Under the pieces are notes generated by a model. It was not told the origin of the DNA, did no database searches, and saw only the letters and a program-made list of their open reading frames with translations. A DNA stretch of 64,000 nucleotides from NCBI GenBank assembly GCA_964016885.1, contig OZ024758.1, forward strand, positions 18,228,001 through 18,292,000. Reading direction: 5' to 3'. Shown piece after piece: positions 1 through 12,952 of this stretch. Position 1 is the first letter of the stretch. Each line of letters begins with the position of its first letter. The position numbers were made by a program, and so were the translations under genes. The stretch is from Eledone cirrhosa (taxonomy: Eukaryota).

Positions 1-1454
1 ATATATATTTGTGTACGTGTAAAGGACATGGCAAAAAGCACCCAGCACACACTCTAAATGTGCTAGGAAGGGCATCCTGCCGTGTGGACTGAGAGCCGTT
101 TTACCATGTTTCCTGCATAACCACACTACAGTGGTCAGAAATGTTAGGATGGGGTAAGGGGTGTATATTGAGTTACGTCTAGCCTACTGTCAGTAGGTTT
201 ATGTTCGTATGCAATGGAAGGTGGGTCTTCTGTATAACTGCATAGCAGCAGAGATCACGATTCAGTGACATTGCCTTAGAGAGGTGTAAGTGTTCATATA
301 TATTAAAAAGCATTAATGCCATACTGGGCAGCTTTTAAGGATGATAGCTTCACATACCTATATCTAGATGCATTAGGTATTGGTTAAATAACACTTCATC
401 ATATCAATCGATAATCTGTATCTGTTTTCAATGTAGTTATTGATCATCACTTCCATCACGTAGCTCACAGTTGCTTTAAAAATAGCAGTGGACCTTTGCA
501 TATTTTCTTAGATACCTGTCGAGGGTCACATTCACTTATGACACTTTAAGCTGGCTGTGAGGCAAAAGGTAATATATCTTAGTAACTCCCCAAGTTTCGT
601 ATCTATTTAAAATGTCATTATGGGCGGAACAAATTTTCCAGCTTAGCCAATAAAACAAACTCCTGTGATGCTCTTACAGCCCTATATCTTATATGAACAT
701 ATCAGTTTTTCATATCAAAAACATCTACCCAGTAGCACTTTAACATATCTACCATTGTATGTCTTCTTTGTTTTACAACGATTCTTTCACAGTATCGACT
801 AACCTACGTAAAAAACGAAAACTATGTTATAACATTGATCCTGCCGTAGAGAGATGTTTCAAGTATATGTTGATATAACTACTAATTTAAAGTATATATT
901 TCTTATTTTATTGATTTCCTTCCATTGAAATTCAATGAAATTCCATTAAACAAAATGTACACTTACTAATTTCATTATATCTTTATCATTGCTTTTTGTG
1001 TGACAAAGTGTTGTATCTTTGGCGTTAACAATGAAATATATCTTTATCTATTTCGGTGTAAATTGCATAAATATTGCCGTATGTCTGCAAATCTGTAAAA
1101 TCAACATTGATTTTCAAAGGCGAAATGGTATTAATACTTTTATATTATAGAGTGATGAGCATAAGCTGAAAATGTTAACATTGACAGTATGTTATAATCT
1201 AAGAATTTGAGATACAAGCATAGAAAACGACCCATATCAACTGTAGTAGTTTGTACTAATAGACGGGTTATGCTATTCTGTCCTTTTATCCATTCATGCC
1301 AGTTCAAATTTAGTGATGTCGTTGCTGTTTAGCACACTCTTATCCCTGATGGATCTCATCTATGAGCAACAAATGCCATGGATTACCATTCCATATTTCT
1401 GTGTGTAATTCTACCACGACTATCATATATTTCATTCGATTATATATATATATA

Positions 1455-1771
1455 ATAACAGGGGGCAGGACTTGTTTAATTCCTTAAACGGTTTATTATA
1501 CTATAATCATTTCAATGACGGGGTTCGGTATGAATCCGGGGACATCATCAGGTAGTCGAATGATGATACAACCTGATTCATACGGAACCCGGTCATTGAA
1601 ATTACGCCAGTCCGGCCTCCTGTTATTTTATAATAATTAACTCCGTACTCGCACCACCAACAACACAAACGAAGACGGGTGAGTTGCATTACGTCGTGTG
1701 CTCTCCCTAATACTACATCGAGGTTGACCATACGGAATGTTCAGTTCTATCCTGTGGTGAACCAACAGACC

Positions 1772-1773
<2 letters not shown>
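1455..1773. mobile_element. Fold-back Penelope-like pLTR remnant (family A) between (TA)n runs
   Basis: Imperfect inverted arms 1455-1537 and 1576-1625 plus a tail; diverged second copy at ~6450-6680. Confidence 0.55.
1499..1554 (-). ncRNA. Degenerate type I hammerhead ribozyme motif
   Basis: Minus strand: TAC-CTGATGA-(weak stem II)-GAAA-TGATTA-TA-GTA. Confidence 0.4.
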
Positions 1774-1863
<90 letters not shown>

Positions 1864-2170
1864 TGTATATATAGTGTATTTTGCAAAACACTGTATGTTT
1901 AATTAAAATCATTTCGAAGACCTTACACTATTGTTTTAGAGTAGTGACAATCTCACTTACTTTAATTTTCAGCAAACAGGGGGAGATAAATCTGACAGAG
2001 CTCTGTTTCGCACTTTTTGGTGCTAAATCAAAGCTAAGTACTCCTCCTGTTTGCTGAAAATCATAAATGTTTGATTCTTATAGAATTCTAGTAATAATCA
2101 GGAACTGATTATACGGAGCGTTTGCCGGTCAAGCATAAATTGAAAACAATATATATATATATATATATAT

Positions 2171-2558
2171 ATTTCGTTTCTGAATTTGTTTAGCAAGATT
2201 CTTTATCTGAAATCGTGTGTTGAAACCGATATTGTTATACTTTGGGAGGGTCATGTTGCCAATAAGAAACACACGCACCCGTTGCTTTCACTTCAATTTA
2301 TTATATATTTATAAATTTATAAATTTATAAATTTATAAATTTCAGGTTGGTTGGTTGGTTCAAAGAAAGGAATCCCCAGTCACTGAAGATGTCACAGAAT
2401 GTGTGACGAAAGAACTATGACTATATATAAACAACTATCTGGTTGTGGAACCAACCAACCAGAAATTTATAAATTTATAAATATATAATAAATTGAAGTG
2501 AAGCAACTGGTGCGTGTGTTTCTTATTGGCAACATGACCCTCCCAAAGTATAACAATA
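2171..2558. mobile_element. Fold-back Penelope-like pLTR (family B) containing a hammerhead
   Basis: Inverted arms ~2231-2358 and ~2449-2558, (TA)n on both sides; related copies at 15995-16135, 42300-42360, 42913-43372 and 46262-46330. Confidence 0.7.
2378..2422 (+). ncRNA. Type I minimal hammerhead ribozyme
   Basis: AGTCA-CTGAAGA-T-GTCAC(AGAATGT)GTGAC-GAAA-GAAC-TA-TGACT: 5-bp stem I, 5-bp stem II, intact core. Confidence 0.8.
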
Positions 2559-2695
2559 TATATATATATATATATATTATAAAGAATTAGTATATCTACT
2601 AACATATATATACAGATGCATACCTATGCTAGCAAATATATAGGTTTTGTCTTAGTAACTTTGTGGTTCAATGCAAGGGGATGCAGAACAATAAT

Positions 2696-2851
2696 ATGAA
2701 AGACGTAAAATAAGAAAATTATAAAAATTAACTTACTTACTAAAATTTCACTCCAACTAATTAGTTTCTGAAGGGAATAAACTAATTAGTTGGAGTGAAA
2801 TTTTAGTAAGTAAGTTAATGTTTATAATTTTCTTATTTTACGTCTTTCATA
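2696..2851. repeat. Near-perfect palindrome (fold-back pLTR fragment) with a hammerhead 3' half
   Basis: ~72-bp inverted arms; minus strand of the left arm reads GAAA-CTAATTAG-TT. Confidence 0.65.
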
Positions 2852-2861
2852 TATATATATA

Positions 2862-3110
2862 AGTAGTAACACAACAGTTAGTTCACCATACCGACAACAA
2901 TTGTTTCACCTTAGCGTATCTTCAGCTAGTACTGGTCATGGTTATACGGAACAGTTATACCCATGACCAGTACGAGCTAATGATCCGCTTAAGTGAAACA
3001 ATCGTTCTCGGTATGGTGAACTAACTGTTGTGTTACGACTTCTACCAAACTCGTCCCGTGGTCTTAGTGCTCTACCACTACGGATATTACCTTCCAGTGT
3101 GCTACCTCTC
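2862..3110. mobile_element. Fold-back pLTR (family C) with two inverted degenerate hammerheads
   Basis: Arms 2862-2941 and 2960-3040; plus 2973-3010 CGAG-CTAATGA..GAAA-CAATCG-TT-CTCG; minus 2892-2929 CTGAAGA..GAAA-CAATTG-TT. Confidence 0.65.
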
Positions 3111-3130
3111 TCTCTATGTATATATATATA

Positions 3131-3317
3131 TATAACGAAGGAAATGCGGTAAGGAACCAGGTGGACCATAACGCACCAAAGTACTCAATACTTGAGGTAG
3201 TAGAGTGGGTAATAGGAACCAGTAAGACCCCGACAGCTGAGCTCAAGCCGTTTCGACGGCTAATTCTGGATTAGCCGTCGAAACGGCTTGAGCTCAGCTG
3301 TCGGGGTCTTACTGGTT

Positions 3318-3322
<5 letters not shown>
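3131..3322. mobile_element. Fold-back repeat family F, copy 1
   Basis: Hairpin arms ..AGCCGTTTCGACGGCTAAT / ATTAGCCGTCGAAACGGCT.. with an ~80-nt extension on one side; five copies in the window. Confidence 0.7.
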
Positions 3323-3344
<22 letters not shown>

Positions 3345-3351
<7 letters not shown>

Positions 3352-3728
3352 GAAGAAGTTTATGAAATGGAAATGCGGGTATAAAGAATATATTAGGTAA
3401 CAATGGTTTCTATAGTGTGTGGGTTACCTATACCTCGCTATTTGTATAATATAAAAATATTATCATAAATCGTAGATGCACTGTAAGAGAACACACCATG
3501 TCGTCAGACCTTTATGGTAGAATGATAGGAGAATATTTTATACACTAGATATGTGAGAAAGTAGGAGGTAGGAGGTAGGAAGGGAATAGGATACCCGCAT
3601 TTCCATTTCATAAACTTCTTCTTCATATCTTCTCCGGATTTTAAAGCATATTTTATTATACGTTGAGCAATCTCCGACGTCGGTTGACTCAATCCAATGC
3701 GACTACCTAGTAACATTGGAGTACAGAT
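3345..3728. mobile_element. Fold-back pLTR (family D) with a long-stem hammerhead
   Basis: 38-bp perfect inverted repeats at 3345-3382 and 3591-3628, (TA)n flanks. Confidence 0.6.
3395..3511 (-). ncRNA. Type I hammerhead motif with ~90-nt stem II region
   Basis: Minus: AGGT-CTGACGA-CATGGTGTG...CACACTATA-GAAA-CCATTG-TT-ACCT. Confidence 0.6.
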
Positions 3729-3739
3729 TTATATATATA

Positions 3740-3795
<56 letters not shown>

Positions 3796-5003
3796 TATGA
3801 GGCCTACATATTGCAATCGCTGGTCAGATTAGAGAAAATGGTGCACTTTTAGGCTACGGCCAGCCACACGAACCTGTAAAATATCCTGAACAAGCAACGC
3901 CTGTGCTTTGAAGTCTTTTAAGTGGGGAAATATACATATCTCTATGTATGTATATACGTACATACATATATACATACATATAGATATGTGTGTGTGTGTG
4001 TGTGTGTATATTTGTATTTACATATGTCTGTGTGGGTGTACCTGCACTCTAATGATAGAAACCAGTAAAATATATAAATATACAGGCACACATCTACACC
4101 CACGTCGTCACGCACACTTACATTGAAGTTTATGACCAGAAATAGTGATTTTGATGAACTATCTCGCTCATTAAGCAGACATCGTGTATATATTTGAACA
4201 ATATACTAGATTATAATATGCGGTGCATCGATAATTCAAATTCTCTACAGTTTGTTTTTTGATAGTAATATCTCCTTTGCTACATCTCTTTGATTTGCCA
4301 TAATTGCACCGATTGTTTATCATGGGTGTTTTATATTCTAAACGTCCTTAGGGCTCTAGATATATGTGTATCACAGACTTTTCCGTCAAAAACACACTTC
4401 TATCGATTTAGAAATTTCTTGGCTTGGTTTGCTCTGTTACAATATTAAAAAAGACAAAATATATTACAATGAACATACTTATATTGGAATTTATAGATAC
4501 GCTTTATACAATGCAGATAAAATCTTCTTAATATAGGACATAATATGCTGTTCTCTTCAAGCGACTTGAATGACCCCAATATTATCGTCATTTCCGTGCA
4601 GCTCAATACGGGTATTATATTGTTCTTAATTTTAGAAAAAGGGTTTTACATTTCTTATCTACAAAAGAGAAAAAAAAAATTATATATATCTACTTCCTAT
4701 TGCTGAATATTGATGCAGATTCTAATATCATATTTTATATCAGTCAGCTTCCTAATATCTACAGGCTATTCTTCTGTCCACGAACATTAATTTGAATAAC
4801 TTCATCAGACTAAGATTCTAAAATTTGCTAATATCTAAGTAAATATCAGACAAGGGTTAGGGCCAAGCGAAATTTCCTGACTAATATATATATATATATA
4901 TATATAAATATGTGTGTGTGTTTGTGGGTGTATGTGTATGTGTGTGTGTATGTGTATGCATATATGTATATATCTATATATACACGCACATATATTCATC
5001 CTT

Positions 5004-5051
<48 letters not shown>

Positions 5052-5162
5052 GTGTGTGTGTGTATATACATATATATATATAATGTGTGTGTGTTTATAT
5101 ATATGTATATATACATGTTCACATAATCATCCTTAATATATATATATATATATATATGTGTG

Positions 5163-5302
<140 letters not shown>

Positions 5303-5896
5303 AATACATACATGTATGTATACATATTTTATACATGACAATATATACAGGCATATATGAGATTCTAAATGCATGATATTAATTTAGATTTCTTCTATTA
5401 TTTCACCTGAGGACATGTCTGAAACGAGTTATTCTAATTTTATAACTCTTTTGGAGGGGTGAAAGAACCAAGCGGCCGATGGCAATGGATATTGGTAGTT
5501 AATATATCCTGGCTTTCTTAGTCAGCCAATTGATTTCTCAAATTCTCATTTCTTTTCCAAGCCTTCTCTTTCCATGACCTTTGTGTCAATGTTAACTTCG
5601 TCGTCAAGTGTACCTCCTATGAACGTTAATCCATTATTGTTGTACTATCTTCTTTTTACATGATCATTCAAGCCATATTTGTTGTGTTTTTTGTCGTTGC
5701 TGTTGCTTCGTTCTCATTGCATTTCATAGGCACATTGTTGTGTTTTCTACACTTTATTGCCGTTGGTAATGGTAATATTAGATAGGCGGATCTGCAGAAT
5801 ACATTCTGTTATTTGGTTATGATTTCATGCATTCCGTGTTCATATCCCAGCTGAGTCACTGTTGGCCTTTATAGATATACACATAAATATATATAT

Positions 5897-6418
<522 letters not shown>

Positions 6419-6449
6419 TATGTATATATATATATATATATTTGAGTAA

Positions 6450-6681
6450 AATTACAGGAGGCCAGACTGCTGAAATTCCTTCAAATCTTTGAAGGAATTT
6501 CACCATTCCTTCCTCTTGTCATTTTACTCAATAATAATTAACTCCGTTCTCGTACCTCAACAAGATTCAATATCAACAATGGATGACTTGCATAACGTCG
6601 AGTGCTTTTTCATTGTATTACAGCAAGATTAGATCTATGGAATGACCAGTAATATCGTGTGGTGAACCACCAAACCTAAAT
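6450..6681. mobile_element. Family A pLTR remnant, copy 2
   Basis: Similar to 1455-1773; central palindrome TGAAATTCCTTCAAA-TC-TTTGAAGGAATTTCA. Confidence 0.5.
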
Positions 6682-6836
6682 GAGTATATATATATAGGAT
6701 AACAAGATATCGTTTAAGGTAAACCAGCTAGAAGTTGTGAGTACTCTGTGTCGAGGATAGTTTTGACGTACTGCGGTGTTTGACTCAACAAGAAGTTTCC
6801 TTAGTTGGGTGGCCGGTATATATATTATTCTTCATT

Positions 6837-7014
<178 letters not shown>

Positions 7015-7865
7015 TGTGTATGTGGGTGGGTGTGGGCGCGTGTGTGTGCGTGCGTACATGTGTGTTTTTTTCTATGTCTGTCTATGTCTGTCTATGTGCG
7101 TGTGTGTGTTATATAAGAGGAGCTTGATTTTAATTTGTCTTACTACGACACTCATTATACTGCACCATCATTAAATATACGAATACTTGTGATATTTCCA
7201 GAATACCTGTTACTTACTCCTTGATGTAATGCTTAGTGAACATTCTTTTAACTCCTATGATAGAGTTTTGAAATTTAATTGAAATGACTATAGCTGAAAC
7301 AGTAAAAGCGTACTCTCTTTACTTTAATTTATCTCCAATGTAAAGCTGCATGCGTATATTAAAGATGCCAAATGTCATCCTAGTTCTTTTTATTTAAATA
7401 TTTATTCAGCATTTATTAACTCTTTTGGAGTTTACAGGTAGAGTAATATCAAAATGCTCCATATAATAATTCTGGCTAGATTCTGGAGAAAACTAAACTA
7501 CTGAAACTGCTATATGTCTAACCGAAGAAAATTTCAGTTTACATCACCTTTCCTCTCCTGTTCATCCATTCCACTTCATCACACAAACCACAAGGCACAA
7601 TCTCTAGAATGACTAGGCTCAAGTCATGTGTTGGAAAATAATTGGAATACTGATAAATGCTTCAATAATTTGCCGTTAACACTTACATGTACAACATAAA
7701 AATAGATATAAATTCGACTCCATCTTATAATATTAATCAAAGCCTGGCACCTATAAATGTTTCAAAATCTATATATTGATAGGGAAATATGTGCAATGTT
7801 CCTCTCACTTAGCACTGTGAGGTGAGTTGAGCTAATTAAAATTGAGTCATGTATTTAATCAAAAT

Positions 7866-8053
7866 AATTGTTTCTACTTTTTGCACAAGGTCAACAGTTA
7901 CTCAGTACAATACTGGTACTTTATGTTATCGACCTCATAAGGATGAAAGGCAAAGTTAACCTCGACGGCATTTGAACTCAGACTGTAAAGGGACGTAACT
8001 ATTCTAGAAAGCATGGTGTCCAACCCTCTACCGATACTGCCAATTCACCGCCC
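7866..8053 (-). mobile_element. tRNA-derived SINE (Meta-like core), short form
   Basis: A-box TGGCAGTATCGG, B-box GAGTTCAAAT, core CCTTTCATCCTTA..GGTCGATAA..AAGTACCAG. Confidence 0.85.
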
Positions 8054-9146
8054 TTAATTAAAATAATATTTAATTAAAATAATGCAAGTGTCTTTTGTGG
8101 TTATGAAAACGGAAAAGGAAAGGAAAGACTAGGGATCTAGGGTCACAGATGAAAGGGATGCGGATAGGGGAGTGTAATTTGCTATAGGCCTAGGAATCTG
8201 TAGTATCAGGGCTGCGCATCACGGACAAGACCACAAAAACACCCTTGCAGACAATGGCCAGTGACACTCACTGCAACAGCCAGCTTCCCCGACGGGGCTT
8301 CTACCTCAGATGGGCTGCTGACGTTCTGTTCTTGTAGAGGAGCTCGGCAGTCCACCGTCCAAGATAATAAAGCATTCATTATCTAAATTAACAGTGTTAG
8401 TTATAGATAAACACGCCGCAATGGTATTAAATGTTGACATTAGGTTTGAAATTTCTTTTTTATGGAATGGTATGCCCCACATTTCACAAAGTAAAATGAA
8501 AGAAAAACTAGTTTAGTTTTCTCTTATTCCATTATGTTGAATCGATGTCTCGCCACATGATACCTACATTACATATAATTAGTTGTATTACATACATGAA
8601 CTTTTACCCATCATAGCTTCGGCGATATCTTAAAATCTTAACTTAATAAGTAATTGCTATTGAAGTTTCTATGTTAAACTTAAATTACAGTGTCATAGCA
8701 CCTCAGTTAATATGAGATTTTACAGATATAGGAAATTAACTGGAAATCTTATTTCAATTGGCAATAATGAAAGCTGTCAAGGATGCACATATCCATTTTA
8801 TAGTTTTAGATACAATCATTGTTACCGAATATATAGACCATAAAAACTTTTCTCCCTCTTCATTGTATAAGTCTCAATATAAGGATATGTGTCTTTCACA
8901 CAGCATGAGATAATTGTTTACTAGATATTAGTGGATGTGATATTCACTAATATATTCTTAGTATATATTACATCAGAACAGGATTACAAGTGCAATTTAT
9001 AATAAGGATGTTTCTACATTCAGAAATTATTCTGATGATATTTATATAATTTGTCATCATGTCAAATGTTTGAATAAATGTTTGTATCTCTTGACGTTTT
9101 CTTCATATACCCGTAAAAAAATCTCGTATATTGCTCTCAATATATA

Positions 9147-9226
<80 letters not shown>

Positions 9227-9279
9227 TAAACGGAAAAGAAAATGGTGACAAATTGTTCACAGTGAAAAATAATTCCATC

Positions 9280-9430
9280 AGTCTATCTCATTTCTCATTC
9301 TTTCTTCTGATGAAGGACTAGCGTCCGAATCGTTAAGACCTTCTTCCTGGTATATCAAGCGTTAACCTAATATATTCCTTCCATATACTGTACGGAATGT
9401 GTTGTTATTTCTTTTTACCTTTTACATACA
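9280..9430 (+). mobile_element. pLTR family E with a minimal hammerhead (~9303-9338)
   Basis: TCTT-CTGATGA-AGGAC(TAGC)GTCC-GAAT-CG-TT-AAGA; other copies at 39238-39450 (-) and 47860-48075 (+), all ending in TACA/TA repeats. Confidence 0.65.
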
Positions 9431-9437
9431 TTTATAT

Positions 9438-9499
<62 letters not shown>

Positions 9500-9720
9500 T
9501 ATGAAGAGAGAAGAAACATTTAGATATAATTAGTAATAAAATGTATCATACCTAAACTGCTCCTAAATTCCTCGACTACGTAGTTTCGTGGCATAAACAA
9601 AAACAATATATCATAAAGATATATCAAGAGGATACCTCATTTTACTAGTCTCAAGAACGCGTCTACACGACGTGTTCTCACGTCGTGTAGACGCGTTCTT
9701 GAGACTAGTAAAATGAGGTA

Positions 9721-9808
9721 TCCTCTTGATGAGTCGGCAGAACTCGCAAGGACTCTATATCTTTGATATATTGTTTTTGTTTATGCCACGAAACTACGTA
9801 GTCGAGGA
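9721..9808 (+). ncRNA. Type I hammerhead, U3 variant, 57-nt stem II region
   Basis: TCCTC-TTGATGA-GTCGGCA...TGCCAC-GAAA-CTACGTAG-TC-GAGGA. Confidence 0.7.
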
Positions 9809-10311
9809 ATTTAGGAACAGTTTAGGTATGATACATTTTATTACTAATTATATCTAAATGTTTCTTCTCTCTTCATAATGTATTTTTAACTCTGATACTG
9901 GTTCAGTCTGGTTCAAACTGAATTGGTCTGTCCCAGTCATTCATTGAGCAACATCGGTGAAGTTGGCACCCTTAACTCACAGTTGGGTGCGGATGCATTC
10001 ATGTATATATGTGTGTGTCCGCATGTATCGGTGTGTTTCTAAATGTATTAATAACTCCCTCTGGTCGAGCAATCTTTGAAGTGTGGGGACAACTGGAAAG
10101 CTTCCATTACTCATACTTCTCGCCTTCTTCACTACCTCTTCTACGGCCTCGATATGAATACCCCCTCCGCCTCCGTGGTATTTTTTTCGTGGTTATAAGA
10201 GGCTTAGCTCTGTTTCTCGACCGTTATATCGCGTGACTATCTCCCCCTCCGCCTTTTGGGATTCTTTCTCACGTCGTGTAGACGCGTTCTTGAGACTAGT
10301 AAAATGAGGTA

Positions 10312-10399
10312 TCCTCTTGATGAGTCGGCAGACCTCGCAAGGACTCTATATCTTTGATATATTGTTTTTATTTATGCCACGAAACTACGTAGTCGCGGA
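10312..10399 (+). ncRNA. Type I hammerhead, second copy (one stem I mismatch)
   Basis: TCCTC-TTGATGA...TGCCAC-GAAA-CTACGTAG-TC-GCGGA. Confidence 0.65.
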
Positions 10400-10465
10400 A
10401 TTTAGGAACAGTTTAGGTATGATACATTTTATTACTAATTATATCTAAATGTTTCTTCTCTCTTC

Positions 10466-10499
<34 letters not shown>

Positions 10500-11220
10500 A
10501 TTTTAATCTCATCACTCATGAAGGTTCTGCAACTCTGATACACAGATTATTTATTATTAAGATGTATAAACTTGACATAACTATTATCATCTTATATTCT
10601 CTCAACTAATCACACTTTATCATATTTCTCTATCCCGTTTTCTCCCCCCCCCCCATAATTATTATATTTTTACTATTATTTTAAAAAATCGGTTTTTTTA
10701 CGTTGTGTTTTCCCCTCCAAATATTCGCTTATATTTCTTTATATATTCTCTATATATTTTTTATCTTTATTTTTTTATCTTTGTTATTTCCACTTTTATC
10801 CTCCTTTATATTTTACCTTATTCTTACTTGTATACCTTATTATAGTGTAATCTTCCCCATGCCTTATTATACACTATTAATTATAGATTATTATTATTAC
10901 TCTTTTTCCATTTCTAATTACCTCATGTACTTTCTCCTCCGCTATATATATATATATATATATATTGTATGCCCTTTGTGTTTGTGTAGCCTCTGCGCAC
11001 CCTCTGCACCATACTATCGACGCCACCCCATCTATGGTTCAGCTAACCACCCGACTCCCGGGAATGAATATGACCTTAGCTAGTAAACAAGGACCCACAC
11101 CCCACCCTCCCGCACCAAAATTAGACTTATCGTCCCCTACTTTTGCTCTTTACTCTCTTTACTCTTTGTTCTTGAATGTTAGGTTGGTAGAGTCCATAAC
11201 AGCAATCAAACCCCTTTTAT

Positions 11221-11266
11221 AGCTCTGACGAACCCTACGGTTACGTAAAGAAGAAACATTGTAAGC
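11221..11266 (+). ncRNA. Degenerate type I hammerhead in a (TA)n-flanked island (10965-11312)
   Basis: GCT-CTGACGA-ACCCTACG(GTTA)CGTAAAGAA-GAAA-CATTG-TA-AGC. Confidence 0.5.
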
Positions 11267-11307
11267 CAATACAAATCTGTTGATGTTGTAGACGCTCCTG
11301 TGTTCTT

Positions 11308-11364
<57 letters not shown>

Positions 11365-11507
11365 GAGATTATATTTAATATGTTGGGATAAAACAAGCAA
11401 AATATTTTTATTATTGGAGTAAATATACAATATATTAACAAATGTAAACTATATTTATAAATATGGTTTTATAATTATAGTTTCCATTTGTTAATATATT
11501 GTATATA

Positions 11508-11604
<97 letters not shown>

Positions 11605-12495
11605 GTTCATTTACATACATATTAGCAGAGGAATGTGAGATTTCCATTCAGTTGCATAAGACATTCTACAAGGTGAAGACTGGAATGTTTTCTTTTGCTG
11701 TACAATACATTCCCTTTCTGTTAATGGAAGTGAAATAAAAATAAAAGTGATGAGATTAAAAATATACAAACAAATAAACTTTGATTGCAAATTAACTATT
11801 TATTTCTTTTCGTTAATTTTTTTGTTGAAGCAATGACTATTAATCCTAATTTCGTTAAAGAAATTCTCCTCAGAATGAATGAAATATCTGTACACAAATT
11901 ATTACGTCGGTGGCGCAGATTAGAGAGATATTTCCTCAACACTGTAACAAAGATGTTTCGTTGAAATTATAGCAGAAAGCTGTAAAAGAACAATAACTTT
12001 CGACCTTAATTGATTCCAAAGTCCTTCTGACATTACCGTTGATCATACCAAACACTAATTCCATTATTCTTTGAAATTCTTGTGGAGCGTTGCCTGTTCT
12101 TTAAAATACATCTTGAGCCAAAACTAATTTAAACAATAAATATATTTAAAAAGAAATGTGTTTAAAAATGCAAAACAATTATACATGTAAGCGTGTTAAA
12201 TAACATGTGTATTCGAAATCCACTGATTCCTTTAGGAGACTAATTAAAGGTGAGATACTAAAATTTATGGCTATTTCTAATGCATTGACTTCTTCATCGG
12301 GTTTAATGACTTTTGAATTGATACCAAGGAACGAATGAGAACATTAGATGTAAAAGGAAAACAAAATCGAAATCTCGGAATATGTGCAGCAAATGTGCGT
12401 GATTGTAGAAACCAATTTGGAAGTAGATCGTGATGATGATGTAGGAGATGAAGAAGAAGAAGAGAAAGATGATGAAGATGAAGAAGAAACAATAA

Positions 12496-12717
12496 TGATT
12501 TCTACTATAGGCACAAGGCCAGTAATTTTGGGGGACAGGAAAGTCGACTAAATCGAACCCAGTACGTTACTGGTCCAGTACGTTATTTTGTGTACCCCGT
12601 AAGGATGAAAGGCAAAGTTAACGTCGGCGGGATTTGAACTCAGACCGTAAAGGATCATAACTCTAATCAGCAAAGCATGGCGTCCAACCGTCTACCAATA
12701 CAGCCAATCCACGACCC
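12496..12717 (-). mobile_element. SINE, long form
   Basis: Same family as 7866; contains the GTCGATTTAGTCGAC hairpin segment. Confidence 0.85.
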
Positions 12718-12737
12718 TAGAAAAAGAGGAAATAATA

Positions 12738-12952
12738 ATGGTTTCTGATTTAGGCACAAGGCCAGCAATATGAGAGAAAGTCGATTAAATCGACCCCAGT
12801 GCATTACTGGTAATTTATTTGATCGACCCCGTAAGTATGAAAGACAAAATTAACCACGGCGAGATTTGAAATCACAATTCAGAACGTAAGGGGGCGTAAC
12901 CCTATGCCGTGAAGCATGGTGTCCAACGCTCTACCGATTCTGCCAATCTACC
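12738..12952 (-). mobile_element. SINE, long form (tandem with previous copy)
   Basis: Same family. Confidence 0.85.

Larger units (their letters stand above)
9498..10469 (+). mobile_element. Apparently non-coding Penelope-like/retrozyme-like element: inverted pLTR + pLTR + 386-nt spacer + pLTR
   Basis: 205-bp direct repeats at 9675-9879 and 10266-10469; inverted copy at 9498-9674; (TA)n on both flanks. Confidence 0.8.

Noticed and set aside
5401-5435. CTGAGGA-CATGTCT-GAAA-CGAG-TT hammerhead-like core
   Set aside because: Neither stem I nor stem II pairs; at best a decayed remnant.
11840-11878. Minus-strand CTGAGGA..GAAA motif
   Set aside because: Stems II and III do not pair; likely a chance match in AT-rich DNA.
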